Below, one piece after another: positions 1-7,413 of a stretch of DNA of 38,805 nucleotides. The stretch covers positions 1 to 38,805 of IMG/VR virus record IMGVR_UViG_3300017766_004124; one strand, written 5' to 3'. The position numbers and the translations under genes are program-made. The notes under the pieces are model-generated. The model did not search any database. It was not told the DNA's origin and saw nothing but the letters and a program-made list of their open reading frames with translations. This DNA is from a virus (Duplodnaviria > Caudoviricetes). How positions within the stretch are numbered: position 1 is the first letter of the stretch; each line of letters begins with the position of its first letter.

Positions 1-1
1 A

Positions 2-247
2 ACAGAAGTAAAGGTTGAAACACGTGGTCGTAAAGTAAACCCAAACAGCCCAAGACAAATCCGTTTAGCACAACAAGCAGAAAACAGAGCAATGGGAATA
101 GATGGTAGAGGTAGACATGTAGATCCAGAATCAGCCCGTCAAGCTAAATTAAATGCACTTGAAGCAAAACGTGCAGCGGGAATTGAAATTAAAAGAGGTC
201 GTCCTAAAGGTACAGTTAAAGTTACAGTAGAAAACAAAGCGGAATAA
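2..247 (+). CDS. Partial (5'-truncated) small basic protein with an AT-hook-like motif
   Basis: Manual translation of frame 2 is open from the window start to TAA at 245-247: TEVKVETRGRKVNPNSPRQIRL...GRGRHVDPESARQAKL...KRGRPKG...; not in the ORF track. Confidence 0.65.
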   Translation, partial: TEVKVETRGRKVNPNSPRQIRLAQQAENRAMGIDGRGRHVDPESARQAKLNALEAKRAAGIEIKRGRPKGTVKVTVENKAE

Positions 248-286
248 GTAAATTGAATGCAACCCTCTCCCAGGAAAGCAGACTAA

Positions 287-410
287 AGGGGGGGGGGGGG
301 GGGGAGGGAAAAAAGGTGATTGAAAAAAAATAAAAAAAAACAGAGTAAAAAAAATTTATAATTCCCCCCCCCCCAAAAAAAGAAAAAAGGGGGGGGGGGG
401 GGGGGGGGGA
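287..410. other. Low-complexity poly-G/poly-A/poly-C tract, probable sequencing or assembly artefact
   Basis: Long G runs interspersed with A and C homopolymers, unlike anything else in the window; typical of two-colour Illumina read tails. Confidence 0.8.
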
Positions 411-426
411 GTAGGTAAATAGGTTA

Positions 427-460
427 GTCGAAGATAATTAAAAATAAAATCGTATGTTTA
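427..460 (+). promoter_or_regulatory. Early/host-type promoter, copy 1 (GTCG-N20-CGTATGTTTA)
   Basis: Same motif and spacing recur at 832, 26556 and 34797(-); TATGTTTA resembles the Bacteroidota -7 element TAnnTTTG. Confidence 0.65.
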
Positions 461-479
461 ACTTATAAAATTAAAACAT

Positions 480-662
480 ATGAAAATAATATTAGAAACA
501 CAAGTATGTCCAAAAGGGGTAAAGTGGTATTGTATAAACCATACCCAAGATGGTGGTAGTGGAACCGTAAGTTGTTTCAACTGGTTTAGAACCGAACAAG
601 CAGCAAGTGATTATTTCAAAACAATAAACAAACCTGGTGTAAGGGTAATATTTAAAGGTTAA
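480..662 (+). CDS. Small hypothetical early protein
   Basis: ATG follows the promoter motif and an A-rich leader. Confidence 0.6.
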   Translation: MKIILETQVCPKGVKWYCINHTQDGGSGTVSCFNWFRTEQAASDYFKTINKPGVRVIFKG

Positions 663-666
663 ACAT

Positions 667-831
667 ATGGAAGATATAATAATAAGAAAAATAGTAGGCG
701 GTATATCAGGTATCAAAAATGGTACCAAACAACCCAAGGAAGTAATCATATGGTTAAATAAACTAAAACCAATAAACAAACCCATGTACGATGAACTTAT
801 AAATGATTATATATCAGTGGTAAAGAAGTAA
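667..831 (+). CDS. Small hypothetical protein (54 aa, MEDIIIRKIVGGISGIKNG...ISVVKK)
   Basis: Manual translation; ATG 667, TAA 829-831; fills the gap between ORF 480-662 and promoter copy 2. Confidence 0.65.
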   Translation: MEDIIIRKIVGGISGIKNGTKQPKEVIIWLNKLKPINKPMYDELINDYISVVKK

Positions 832-865
832 GTCGATGTTATTTAAAAAATAAATCGTATGTTCA
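832..865 (+). promoter_or_regulatory. Early/host-type promoter, copy 2 (GTCG-N20-CGTATGTTCA)
   Basis: Near-repeat of 427-460 with identical spacing. Confidence 0.65.
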
Positions 866-909
866 TATTATAAAATTAAATAATTAATTAACAATTTAAA
901 ATTAAGGTT

Positions 910-1161
910 ATGAAAATCAAAATTCAAATTAAATCTGTTTTTGAACAAATTGCTTCAAATGTATTCAAAATGAATAATGTTAATCAAATGAAAGCATTTG
1001 TAACTGAATTTGTAAACAGTAAGGGAATAAAGGATACTGACAAACAACTGATAATAAACAATGTTAACAACTGTAGTAATGTAATTCAAATACAAAGATA
1101 CATCTGCAATTCTTTACTTAAATATGAGGGCATGTCTGTAAATTTTGATAAACCGGAATAA
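910..1161 (+). CDS. Hypothetical early protein
   Basis: 83-aa ORF downstream of promoter copy 2. Confidence 0.7.
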   Translation: MKIKIQIKSVFEQIASNVFKMNNVNQMKAFVTEFVNSKGIKDTDKQLIINNVNNCSNVIQIQRYICNSLLKYEGMSVNFDKPE

Positions 1162-1180
1162 AGGCAATCCAGCGGATCAA

Positions 1181-1212
1181 TTCCCGACACACATTAAAAA
1201 ACGTGTCGGGAA
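1181..1212. repeat. Perfect 10-bp inverted repeat (hairpin)
   Basis: TTCCCGACAC (1181-1190) / GTGTCGGGAA (1203-1212), 12-nt loop, just after ORF 910-1161. Confidence 0.85.
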
Positions 1213-1216
1213 ATTA

Positions 1217-1390
1217 CCACGCGTTCTTTAACACGCGTTTCTTTTCATAACACGTTCTTTCAAAACCGGAATCCCCCTAGTACGGGTGGGGGCATACGGC
1301 CGTATATGGTACCGGGGTAAGTCGTGGTATACTACCACGCGAGCCGTCGTCCATACGGGGTGCGGTGGGGGTAGGGAAAGGCTTGGATGT
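1217..1390. other. GC-rich non-coding island with short direct repeats, palindromes and G-tracts
   Basis: Three imperfect CACG(CG)TT(T)CTTT repeats at 1217-1260; palindrome ATACGGCCGTAT at 1294-1305; hairpin CGTGGTA-TAC-TACCACG at 1323-1339; G runs at 1357-1382. Confidence 0.7.
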
Positions 1391-1592
1391 ATATTCACAC
1401 ACCCAACACCACTACACCATCGATTGTATATCTTTATATCCAACCACAATTAAATCAAGATTTCACTATAGGGATTTTGGAAAAAAATCAAAAATTCTTA
1501 ATCTAACGAGAAAAACAAAATTTCACCATCGACAAAATATATACTTATATGTTAAACTAAAAAATTAATCAAAAATATGTATAAATAAAACC

Positions 1593-2231
1593 ATGGATAG
1601 GATTTATACTTTTGATGATTTAGAAAATATCCAACGGTTTGTTAGGTCACTTAAACGTAAAGCTAAAAAACTTAAAATTACTTTACAATTAACTAATGAT
1701 AAATTTGTTATATTATCGGATGATATTGAATGTCAGGGTTTTTTTTCAGATAAACAAAATAAAATTCCAGGTGTATTAGCTACTGCTACTAATAAATCTA
1801 TTAATAGTTGGCTTTCTACTTTAGTTCATGAATCTTGTCATATGGATCAATGGAGTGAAAAAGTAAGTATCTGGGAAGTATATATGAAGGAAGATATTGA
1901 TTTATATTATTATAAATGGATTAATAATAAAAGGGTAAATAAAAATAAAGTATATAGAGTTTTGGATATATGTAGGGAGTTGGAGTTGGATTGTGAGCAA
2001 CGTGCTGTTCAAAAAATAATTAAGTATAATCTTCCTATAGATGTTAAAGAGTATATACAAAAAGCAAACTGTTGTTTATTTTTTTATAGTTATCTTAAAT
2101 TAGATAAAAATGGATCATTACCTAATTATGATAATGTTAAAGTATATACAAAATTTAAAGATGACTGGTATATTGATTATGATGATATATCTAATAATAT
2201 TTTAAAATTATTTAAAAACAAATATTTATAA
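1593..2231 (+). CDS. Putative zincin-like metallopeptidase
   Basis: VHESCHMDQ (HExxH) plus downstream ELELDCEQRA. Confidence 0.55.
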   Translation: MDRIYTFDDLENIQRFVRSLKRKAKKLKITLQLTNDKFVILSDDIECQGFFSDKQNKIPGVLATATNKSINSWLSTLVHESCHMDQWSEKVSIWEVYMKEDIDLYYYKWINNKRVNKNKVYRVLDICRELELDCEQRAVQKIIKYNLPIDVKEYIQKANCCLFFYSYLKLDKNGSLPNYDNVKVYTKFKDDWYIDYDDISNNILKLFKNKYL

Positions 2232-2233
2232 TT

Positions 2234-2470
2234 ATGAAACATTTAATAAATAATTATTGGAAACCAACTCCTAAAAAATGGAGAAAAATTGGTGATGCTA
2301 TTTTGGCTACAGGTACTTTTGTAACAGCAGGTGCTCTGTTAGAGTATGATAAAATGAAGGAAATTTTTACTCCTAAAGAAGTAAAAGTCATAATTGTATT
2401 AGCTTTTGTATTAGGAGTAGCTGGTAAATTTATTACTAATTTTTTTAAAGATGAAGAAATAACTAAATAA
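2234..2470 (+). CDS. Small two-transmembrane protein, holin-like
   Basis: Basic N-terminus, two hydrophobic segments (AILATGTFVTAGALL; VIIVLAFVLGVAG), charged C-terminus. Confidence 0.5.
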   Translation: MKHLINNYWKPTPKKWRKIGDAILATGTFVTAGALLEYDKMKEIFTPKEVKVIIVLAFVLGVAGKFITNFFKDEEITK

Positions 2471-2471
2471 A

Positions 2472-2502
2472 GTTGTTTTTTATATATTTTTTCATATTTT
2501 TG
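2472..2502 (+). promoter_or_regulatory. Bacteroidota-type sigma70 promoter (GTTG-N19-TATTTTTG)
   Basis: Exact TAnnTTTG at 2495-2502 with GTTG 19 nt upstream; ATG only 4 nt downstream, so possibly leaderless. Confidence 0.55.
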
Positions 2503-2506
2503 TTTT

Positions 2507-2983
2507 ATGTTAAAACAAATTACTGAAGGAGAAGCTATTCAATATATTAAATGTGAAGATGATTTTGCTGAGAGAGAAGCAGTTTACTATACATTAACTC
2601 CTAATCTTAAACCAGGATGGGAAGGTTGGGAAAATGTAACTTATTATACTGCTAAAAAGAAAACAGAATATTTGGATAGAGAAGGTGATGGAAATTCTTG
2701 GGTTTATATAATGTCAAATCCTTCCATTCCTGATTTGTATAAGATTGGATATACAAATAAAGATCTCGAGGTTAGAGTGAAGGAAGTTAGTAGAGGAACA
2801 GGAGTAGCTATGTCTTTTGAAGTTATTTGGGCTTTTAAATGTTTTGATGGTGAAATGTTAGAGTATGAAGTACACAAATGTTTAGATAAATATAGAGAAA
2901 ATTCAAGGAGAGAATTTTTTAGAGTAAGTTTAGAGGAAGCTAAATCTACTATTAGAACATTAGGAATGAGATATTCAAAATAA
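2507..2983 (+). CDS. T5orf172/MUG113-type GIY-YIG domain protein
   Basis: WVYIMSNPSIPDLYKIGYT...R.KE.....G...F...LE..VHK.L..YR....REFF motif pattern. Confidence 0.85.
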   Translation: MLKQITEGEAIQYIKCEDDFAEREAVYYTLTPNLKPGWEGWENVTYYTAKKKTEYLDREGDGNSWVYIMSNPSIPDLYKIGYTNKDLEVRVKEVSRGTGVAMSFEVIWAFKCFDGEMLEYEVHKCLDKYRENSRREFFRVSLEEAKSTIRTLGMRYSK

Positions 2984-2993
2984 TAAAAATCCT

Positions 2994-3014
2994 GCTACCT
3001 AAAGGTGGTTTTTT
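2994..3014 (+). terminator. Possible weak intrinsic terminator
   Basis: GCTACC-TAAA-GGTGGT stem with G-U pairs, followed by a T run. Confidence 0.35.
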
Positions 3015-3079
3015 CTAGTAATTTAATAGAGCAAAATATTAATTTTATTAACATGTTGGTTCGAATCCAACCTAGAAAA
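3012..3079 (+). pseudogene. Degenerate tRNA-like element (Lys-UUU-like, shortened anticodon arm)
   Basis: Acceptor TTTCTAG/CTAGAAA, D stem ATTT/AAAT, canonical T arm GTTGG-TTCGAAT-CCAAC; anticodon arm only 13 nt (TTAATTTTATTAA); no GG in the D loop; no CCA. Confidence 0.65.
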
Positions 3080-3096
3080 CTTAAAAATAATGTAAT

Positions 3097-3555
3097 ATGA
3101 ATTTAGATAATATATTTAATTTATTCATTTTAGATAAAGAAGAATATATTTCTCATAATGATGAATCACAAAGATTAGTAGATTTATTTAAAGAACATCC
3201 TTTAGTAAAAATAGGAATGTTTAAAAAATTAATGAGGAATTATATTACTAATAAAAAACAACTAATATTCTTTTTTTCTTCTATTAATAAAGATTTAGAT
3301 CCCGAAAATATTGAAAAAGCAGGAGAATGCATACTATATAATAAAGCCTGGGATTATATTAGTTGTTTAGATTTAACTAGTGAATTCCATGTAGAAACTT
3401 TAAAATCTGTTTCTTCTGATGAGTTGGATGATTTTTTATATATATTAATTGCTTATTTTGAACAATGGGAAGAATATGAAAAATGTAATGTTCTTTTTAA
3501 TATAAAAAAAGAAATTATGAACAATTTAAAAGAAAATTTGGAATTAAAAAATTAA
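3097..3555 (+). CDS. Hypothetical protein with C-terminal UVR-like helix
   Basis: 152-aa ORF; YFEQWEEYEKCNVL resembles the E.YE.A motif of UVR domains. Confidence 0.6.
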   Translation: MNLDNIFNLFILDKEEYISHNDESQRLVDLFKEHPLVKIGMFKKLMRNYITNKKQLIFFFSSINKDLDPENIEKAGECILYNKAWDYISCLDLTSEFHVETLKSVSSDELDDFLYILIAYFEQWEEYEKCNVLFNIKKEIMNNLKENLELKN

Positions 3556-3568
3556 TGATTTATATTTA
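3537..3568 (+). promoter_or_regulatory. Bacteroidota-type promoter (TTTG-N20-TATATTTA)
   Basis: TTTG at 3537-3540, TATATTTA at 3561-3568. Confidence 0.5.
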
Positions 3569-3601
3569 GAGAGAGGGTTATGAAAATTTAAAAAATAAAA
3601 T

Positions 3602-3799
3602 ATGAGAAATAGAAACTTAATAATTAACAAAATTGAAAATTTAGAGGGATTTATGAAAACTCTAAGATTTATAGTAGAACGAAGAGAACCAGTAGAAACA
3701 TATCTTCAATACTTATCTTTTTCAGAGGAAACCTTATCTGAGGTGAAGAGTTTAATTGAATCCCAAGATTTATCCCCAGACGAATTAAATAGAATTTAA
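3602..3799 (+). CDS. Hypothetical protein
   Basis: 65-aa ORF with A-rich leader. Confidence 0.7.
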   Translation: MRNRNLIINKIENLEGFMKTLRFIVERREPVETYLQYLSFSEETLSEVKSLIESQDLSPDELNRI

Positions 3800-3814
3800 A
3801 AATAAATAATAGTT

Positions 3815-4600
3815 ATGAATCTTACAGCAGAACAACTCCAAGAAAATTGGGAAAACTTATTAAATTATATTAATAATTACATCTCAGAACCCAGGAAATC
3901 TAATCTTATAGAATTTTACCACAAATTTCAGGATAGATTAATATTAATGCCCGCTTCTCATAAAAAAGAATACCATAATGCATTCCCAGGAGGATATGTA
4001 GAACATGTTAATAGAGTAATAGAAGCTGCTCTTAAAATTAATAAAGTATGGACTGAATTAGGAGTAGAAACTAACTATTCTGAAGAAGAATTAGTATTTT
4101 CAGCTTTAAACCATGACTTAGGAAAAATTGGGGATGAAAATAATGAATCATATATACCCCAGACTGATCAATGGAGAAAAGAAAAATTAGGAGAAGATTA
4201 TACATTTAATAATAAATTAGAATTCATGTCCGCCCCAGATAGAGGATTATACCTTCTTCAAACCCACGGAATTGAGTATTCTAAAAATGAATATTTAGCT
4301 ATTAAACTACATGATGGTATATATGATGAAGCTAATAAACCCTATTTGATGGGGTGGCTCCCTGAACAAAAACTTAGATGCGCTTTACCTCTAATAATAC
4401 ACCAGGCCGATTTTATGGCTGCTAGAATTGAATTTGAAAGAGAATGGTTCCCAAAATTTAAAAAAAATGGGGATAATCAAAAAAAAATTAATACATTTGA
4501 TTCAAAATCCGATAAAAAAAATCAACCAATAAAACAAAAAGCTTTAAGTAGTGTAAAAAGTGAAAGCTTAGGAAAATTGATGGATGATTTTTTTAAATAA
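3815..4600 (+). CDS. HD-domain phosphohydrolase, YhaM/Cbf1-like
   Basis: PAS...HNAFPGGYVEH, LNHDLGKIG, AIKLHDG and IIHQAD motifs. Confidence 0.88.
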   Translation: MNLTAEQLQENWENLLNYINNYISEPRKSNLIEFYHKFQDRLILMPASHKKEYHNAFPGGYVEHVNRVIEAALKINKVWTELGVETNYSEEELVFSALNHDLGKIGDENNESYIPQTDQWRKEKLGEDYTFNNKLEFMSAPDRGLYLLQTHGIEYSKNEYLAIKLHDGIYDEANKPYLMGWLPEQKLRCALPLIIHQADFMAARIEFEREWFPKFKKNGDNQKKINTFDSKSDKKNQPIKQKALSSVKSESLGKLMDDFFK

Positions 4601-4619
4601 ATTTAAAATATTAACTTTT

Positions 4620-4653
4620 AAAGGTTATGGGTTTTTAATTCATAACCTTTTTT
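4620..4653 (+). terminator. Rho-independent terminator
   Basis: AAAGGTTATG / CATAACCTTT stem followed by a T run, right after the HD gene. Confidence 0.8.
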
Positions 4654-4665
4654 ATTTAAAAAAAC

Positions 4666-4932
4666 ATGGTAATAATAAGTATTTTAACACCCACATTAGT
4701 GATTTGCATATTTGTAATATGGAATCTTTTAAGGAAAAATGAAAAAGCAGAAGACATAATCACATATCAACAAGATTATATTAATAATTTCTCTACTATA
4801 ATAAAATTTACAGATGATGAATTAAAAAAGTTAGACGAAAAAGGAATTTTTAAAAGTGATGATGAAATAGGCTTCTTTTTTACTCAAATTAAATCACTGC
4901 AAGAAATTTTAAATAATTTTAAAGTAAAATAA
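4666..4932 (+). CDS. Small membrane-anchored hypothetical protein
   Basis: N-terminal hydrophobic helix followed by a helical charged domain. Confidence 0.7.
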   Translation: MVIISILTPTLVICIFVIWNLLRKNEKAEDIITYQQDYINNFSTIIKFTDDELKKLDEKGIFKSDDEIGFFFTQIKSLQEILNNFKVK

Positions 4933-4933
4933 T

Positions 4934-5812
4934 ATGAGTTTAATTCCTATTACTAAAACTACCAATAAAAAGAGATATTTTACTCAAGAAACAGAAGATG
5001 CTATTATAGAATATAATAAAACTGAAAATTTTTTTGAAAAAAGTAAAATATATGAAAGAAAAATACATTATCCTTTTTTTAAATTAACTGAAAACATAAT
5101 TCATACTTTTAAATTTTATCATACTGAAGAAGAAGATTTAGAAAATCTTCAACATGAATTAATGATATTTTTATTATCTAAGATTCACTTATATGATCAT
5201 AAAAAGAATATTGAAGATAAATTTAAAAAAATAATAATTAAAGAATTTAAAGAACAATATACTTTAAATTTTGAAGAGTATGTGGGCAATGTGAATAGAA
5301 TTAGTCAAAAACAGATTAATGATTTTATAGATTTGTTAAATGTTTCTAAAGAATGTAAAGATACATTATTTAAAATAATCCCACCTAAAGCATATTCTTA
5401 TTTTGGAACCATTGTTAAAAGATGGCTTATATTATATAATCAAAAAAATTATAAGAAAAAATTAGTTACTTCTCCTATTGATGAATTAAATCCTGATGAA
5501 ATATTATTAGAAGTTTCTCCTTCAAAAGAAAAATTATATATTTTTATTGAAGAATATATCAAGTATTGTTCTGATAATATATATACTTTATTCCCTGATA
5601 TAAATGAAGCTAAAGTAGCAGATGCTATAATTGAATTATTTAGAAAAAGAAACCATTTAACTATATTTAATAAAAAAGCATTATATATTTATATAAGAGA
5701 AATAATAGATGTAAAAACATCTAAAATAACTAAAATATCTAAAACCTTATCAAAAATATTTAAAAAATCCTACACTAATTATATAAATACGGGAATATTA
5801 AAATTTGAATAA
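4934..5812 (+). CDS. Phage sigma factor, T4 gp55-like (sigma70 region 2), with an internal insertion
   Basis: RYFTQETEDAIIEYN, KLTENIIHTFKFY, ELMIFLLSKIHLYD and KAYSYFGTIVKRWLI match the order of gp55/sigma region 2 motifs. Confidence 0.6.
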   Translation: MSLIPITKTTNKKRYFTQETEDAIIEYNKTENFFEKSKIYERKIHYPFFKLTENIIHTFKFYHTEEEDLENLQHELMIFLLSKIHLYDHKKNIEDKFKKIIIKEFKEQYTLNFEEYVGNVNRISQKQINDFIDLLNVSKECKDTLFKIIPPKAYSYFGTIVKRWLILYNQKNYKKKLVTSPIDELNPDEILLEVSPSKEKLYIFIEEYIKYCSDNIYTLFPDINEAKVADAIIELFRKRNHLTIFNKKALYIYIREIIDVKTSKITKISKTLSKIFKKSYTNYINTGILKFE

Positions 5813-5815
5813 TAT

Positions 5816-5823
5816 ATATTTAT
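5816..5823 (+). promoter_or_regulatory. ATATTTAT putative late promoter heading the baseplate operon
   Basis: Same octamer lies shortly upstream of many ATGs (2222, 8624, 18940, 22104, 24562, 26589, 33035, 34819). Confidence 0.6.
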
Positions 5824-5837
5824 TATAAAATAATAAT

Positions 5838-6179
5838 ATGAGTGATCTTGATAAAATAGTATTCAAAACAAAAAAAGTTTCAGACATACTAGAAGAAATA
5901 TACAATAATCAAAAAACAAAAGAAAAACAAATTTCTTCATTAATTTCTGAATTAAAACCTTTAATTAGTGATATAGGTGATGCTACTTTAGTGGTTCCTC
6001 TTATAAAAGAATATTTAGAAATTGGAGTAAAAAATGATGAGCAATTAATAAAAATGGCTACTATTATCCAAAGATTACTCCAATCTAACAATTCTTCTTC
6101 AGGAGATAGTTTAGGTATTTCTGAAGCTGAAAGGAATCAATTATTAAAAGAATTAGAAACTTTAAATAATAAAAAATGA
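5838..6179 (+). CDS. Hypothetical helical protein
   Basis: 113-aa ORF at the head of the structural operon. Confidence 0.75.
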   Translation: MSDLDKIVFKTKKVSDILEEIYNNQKTKEKQISSLISELKPLISDIGDATLVVPLIKEYLEIGVKNDEQLIKMATIIQRLLQSNNSSSGDSLGISEAERNQLLKELETLNNKK

Positions 6180-7411
6180 GTAAATTTGGGTTTAGTGCTT
6201 TAAATTCTAGAGTAAACTCTAATATTACTACTTTATCTAACAATGTTGGAATAAATAAAGAATCATCTAATTTAAATATAATAGTAGGAAGAGTAAAAGA
6301 TATTATATTAGATGATAAACATTCTTCTTTTGGAGTAAAAGGAACCATTGGTGAAGAAGAATGGGCCTCTATAGGAAATATTCTTTTTAAAAACGTTGAT
6401 AATAATGGACCCAATTCTTCATCAGGATTAATTGCTAGACCTTTACATCCTAATATAAAAAACCCTCCACTATTAGAAGAACTAGTATATATATTTTCAT
6501 TTCCTGATACTAGTTCTCAAAATAATAATTCTCCTAGAAAATTTTATTATTCTAATATTATTAATTTGTGGAATCACCCTTTACATAATGCCAATCCTTT
6601 TTTTACTGATGTTAAATCCAATGATACCTCTAATAAATCCTATGATTTAGTATCTAATAACGGATCTCCAGGAACCTCTAATTCTTCACCAACTAACATA
6701 AATTTAGGAGCGCCGTGGGTAAATAATTTAAAAATAAATCCATTAAAACAAACTATAGGTGATTACATAATTGAAGGAAGATATGGAAATTCTATTAAAT
6801 TTAGTAGTACAGATGGAGAACCCTTAACTATTATAAGAAACGGACAATATAAAGATACATCTATAAAAGAGTGGATCCCTATTGAAGAAAATATTAATAA
6901 AGATTTATCTTCTATTTACATAACTTCTAATCAAAAAATTCCTTTAAATTCATCAAGTAAAATTTATAGAAGTTACTTATCTTCTCCTCCTACTTCCCCT
7001 TCAGAATATAGTAAACCCCAAGTAATACTTAATTCAAACAGAATTTTATTAAATAGTACAGCAGATCACATAATGTTGTCCTCAGCTCTTACAATAAATT
7101 TTAATGCTGTAAAAGGATTTAATTTTGATACTTCTGGAAATTTTATATTAAATTCTCCTAAAATATATTTAGGTTCACCTAAAGCTACTGAACCTTTATT
7201 ACTAGGGAATAAAACTGTTAATCTATTAAGTACTTTACTAGAATCTATAAATACTTTATGCCTAGCTCTATCCTCTATACAAGATTGGCCTGGGGGAGTT
7301 CCTGCTCCTAATACTATTATTTCATCTGTAGCTTTAAATACTAAATCTATTATAGAAAGTCTTAACACACAATTAGAATCTTTAAAATCTAATATTTCCA
7401 AAACCATATAA
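6176..7411 (+). CDS. Baseplate hub/central spike protein (gp5/VgrG-like)
   Basis: N-terminal OB-fold-like segment (GRVKDI...ARPL...PLLEELV), GDYIIEGRYGNSIKF, beta-helix-like repeats, then IYLG...EPLLLG; upstream of gp25. Confidence 0.7.
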   Translation: MSKFGFSALNSRVNSNITTLSNNVGINKESSNLNIIVGRVKDIILDDKHSSFGVKGTIGEEEWASIGNILFKNVDNNGPNSSSGLIARPLHPNIKNPPLLEELVYIFSFPDTSSQNNNSPRKFYYSNIINLWNHPLHNANPFFTDVKSNDTSNKSYDLVSNNGSPGTSNSSPTNINLGAPWVNNLKINPLKQTIGDYIIEGRYGNSIKFSSTDGEPLTIIRNGQYKDTSIKEWIPIEENINKDLSSIYITSNQKIPLNSSSKIYRSYLSSPPTSPSEYSKPQVILNSNRILLNSTADHIMLSSALTINFNAVKGFNFDTSGNFILNSPKIYLGSPKATEPLLLGNKTVNLLSTLLESINTLCLALSSIQDWPGGVPAPNTIISSVALNTKSIIESLNTQLESLKSNISKTI

Positions 7412-7413
7412 GA

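Noticed and set aside
287-410. G-quadruplex or phase-variable homopolymer locus
   Set aside because: Pattern matches two-colour sequencing noise, and the contig also retains adapter
492-785. Minus-strand 97-aa ORF
   Set aside because: Antisense shadow of two plus-strand ORFs (480-662, 667-831) that follow a promoter motif
1228-1568. ORFs 1228-1449(-) and 1365-1568(+)
   Set aside because: They lie in the GC-rich repeat/palindrome island, have atypical composition and lack a convincing start context
5198-5386. Intein in the sigma-like gene
   Set aside because: Too short and lacks the N-terminal C/S and C-terminal HN splice motifs
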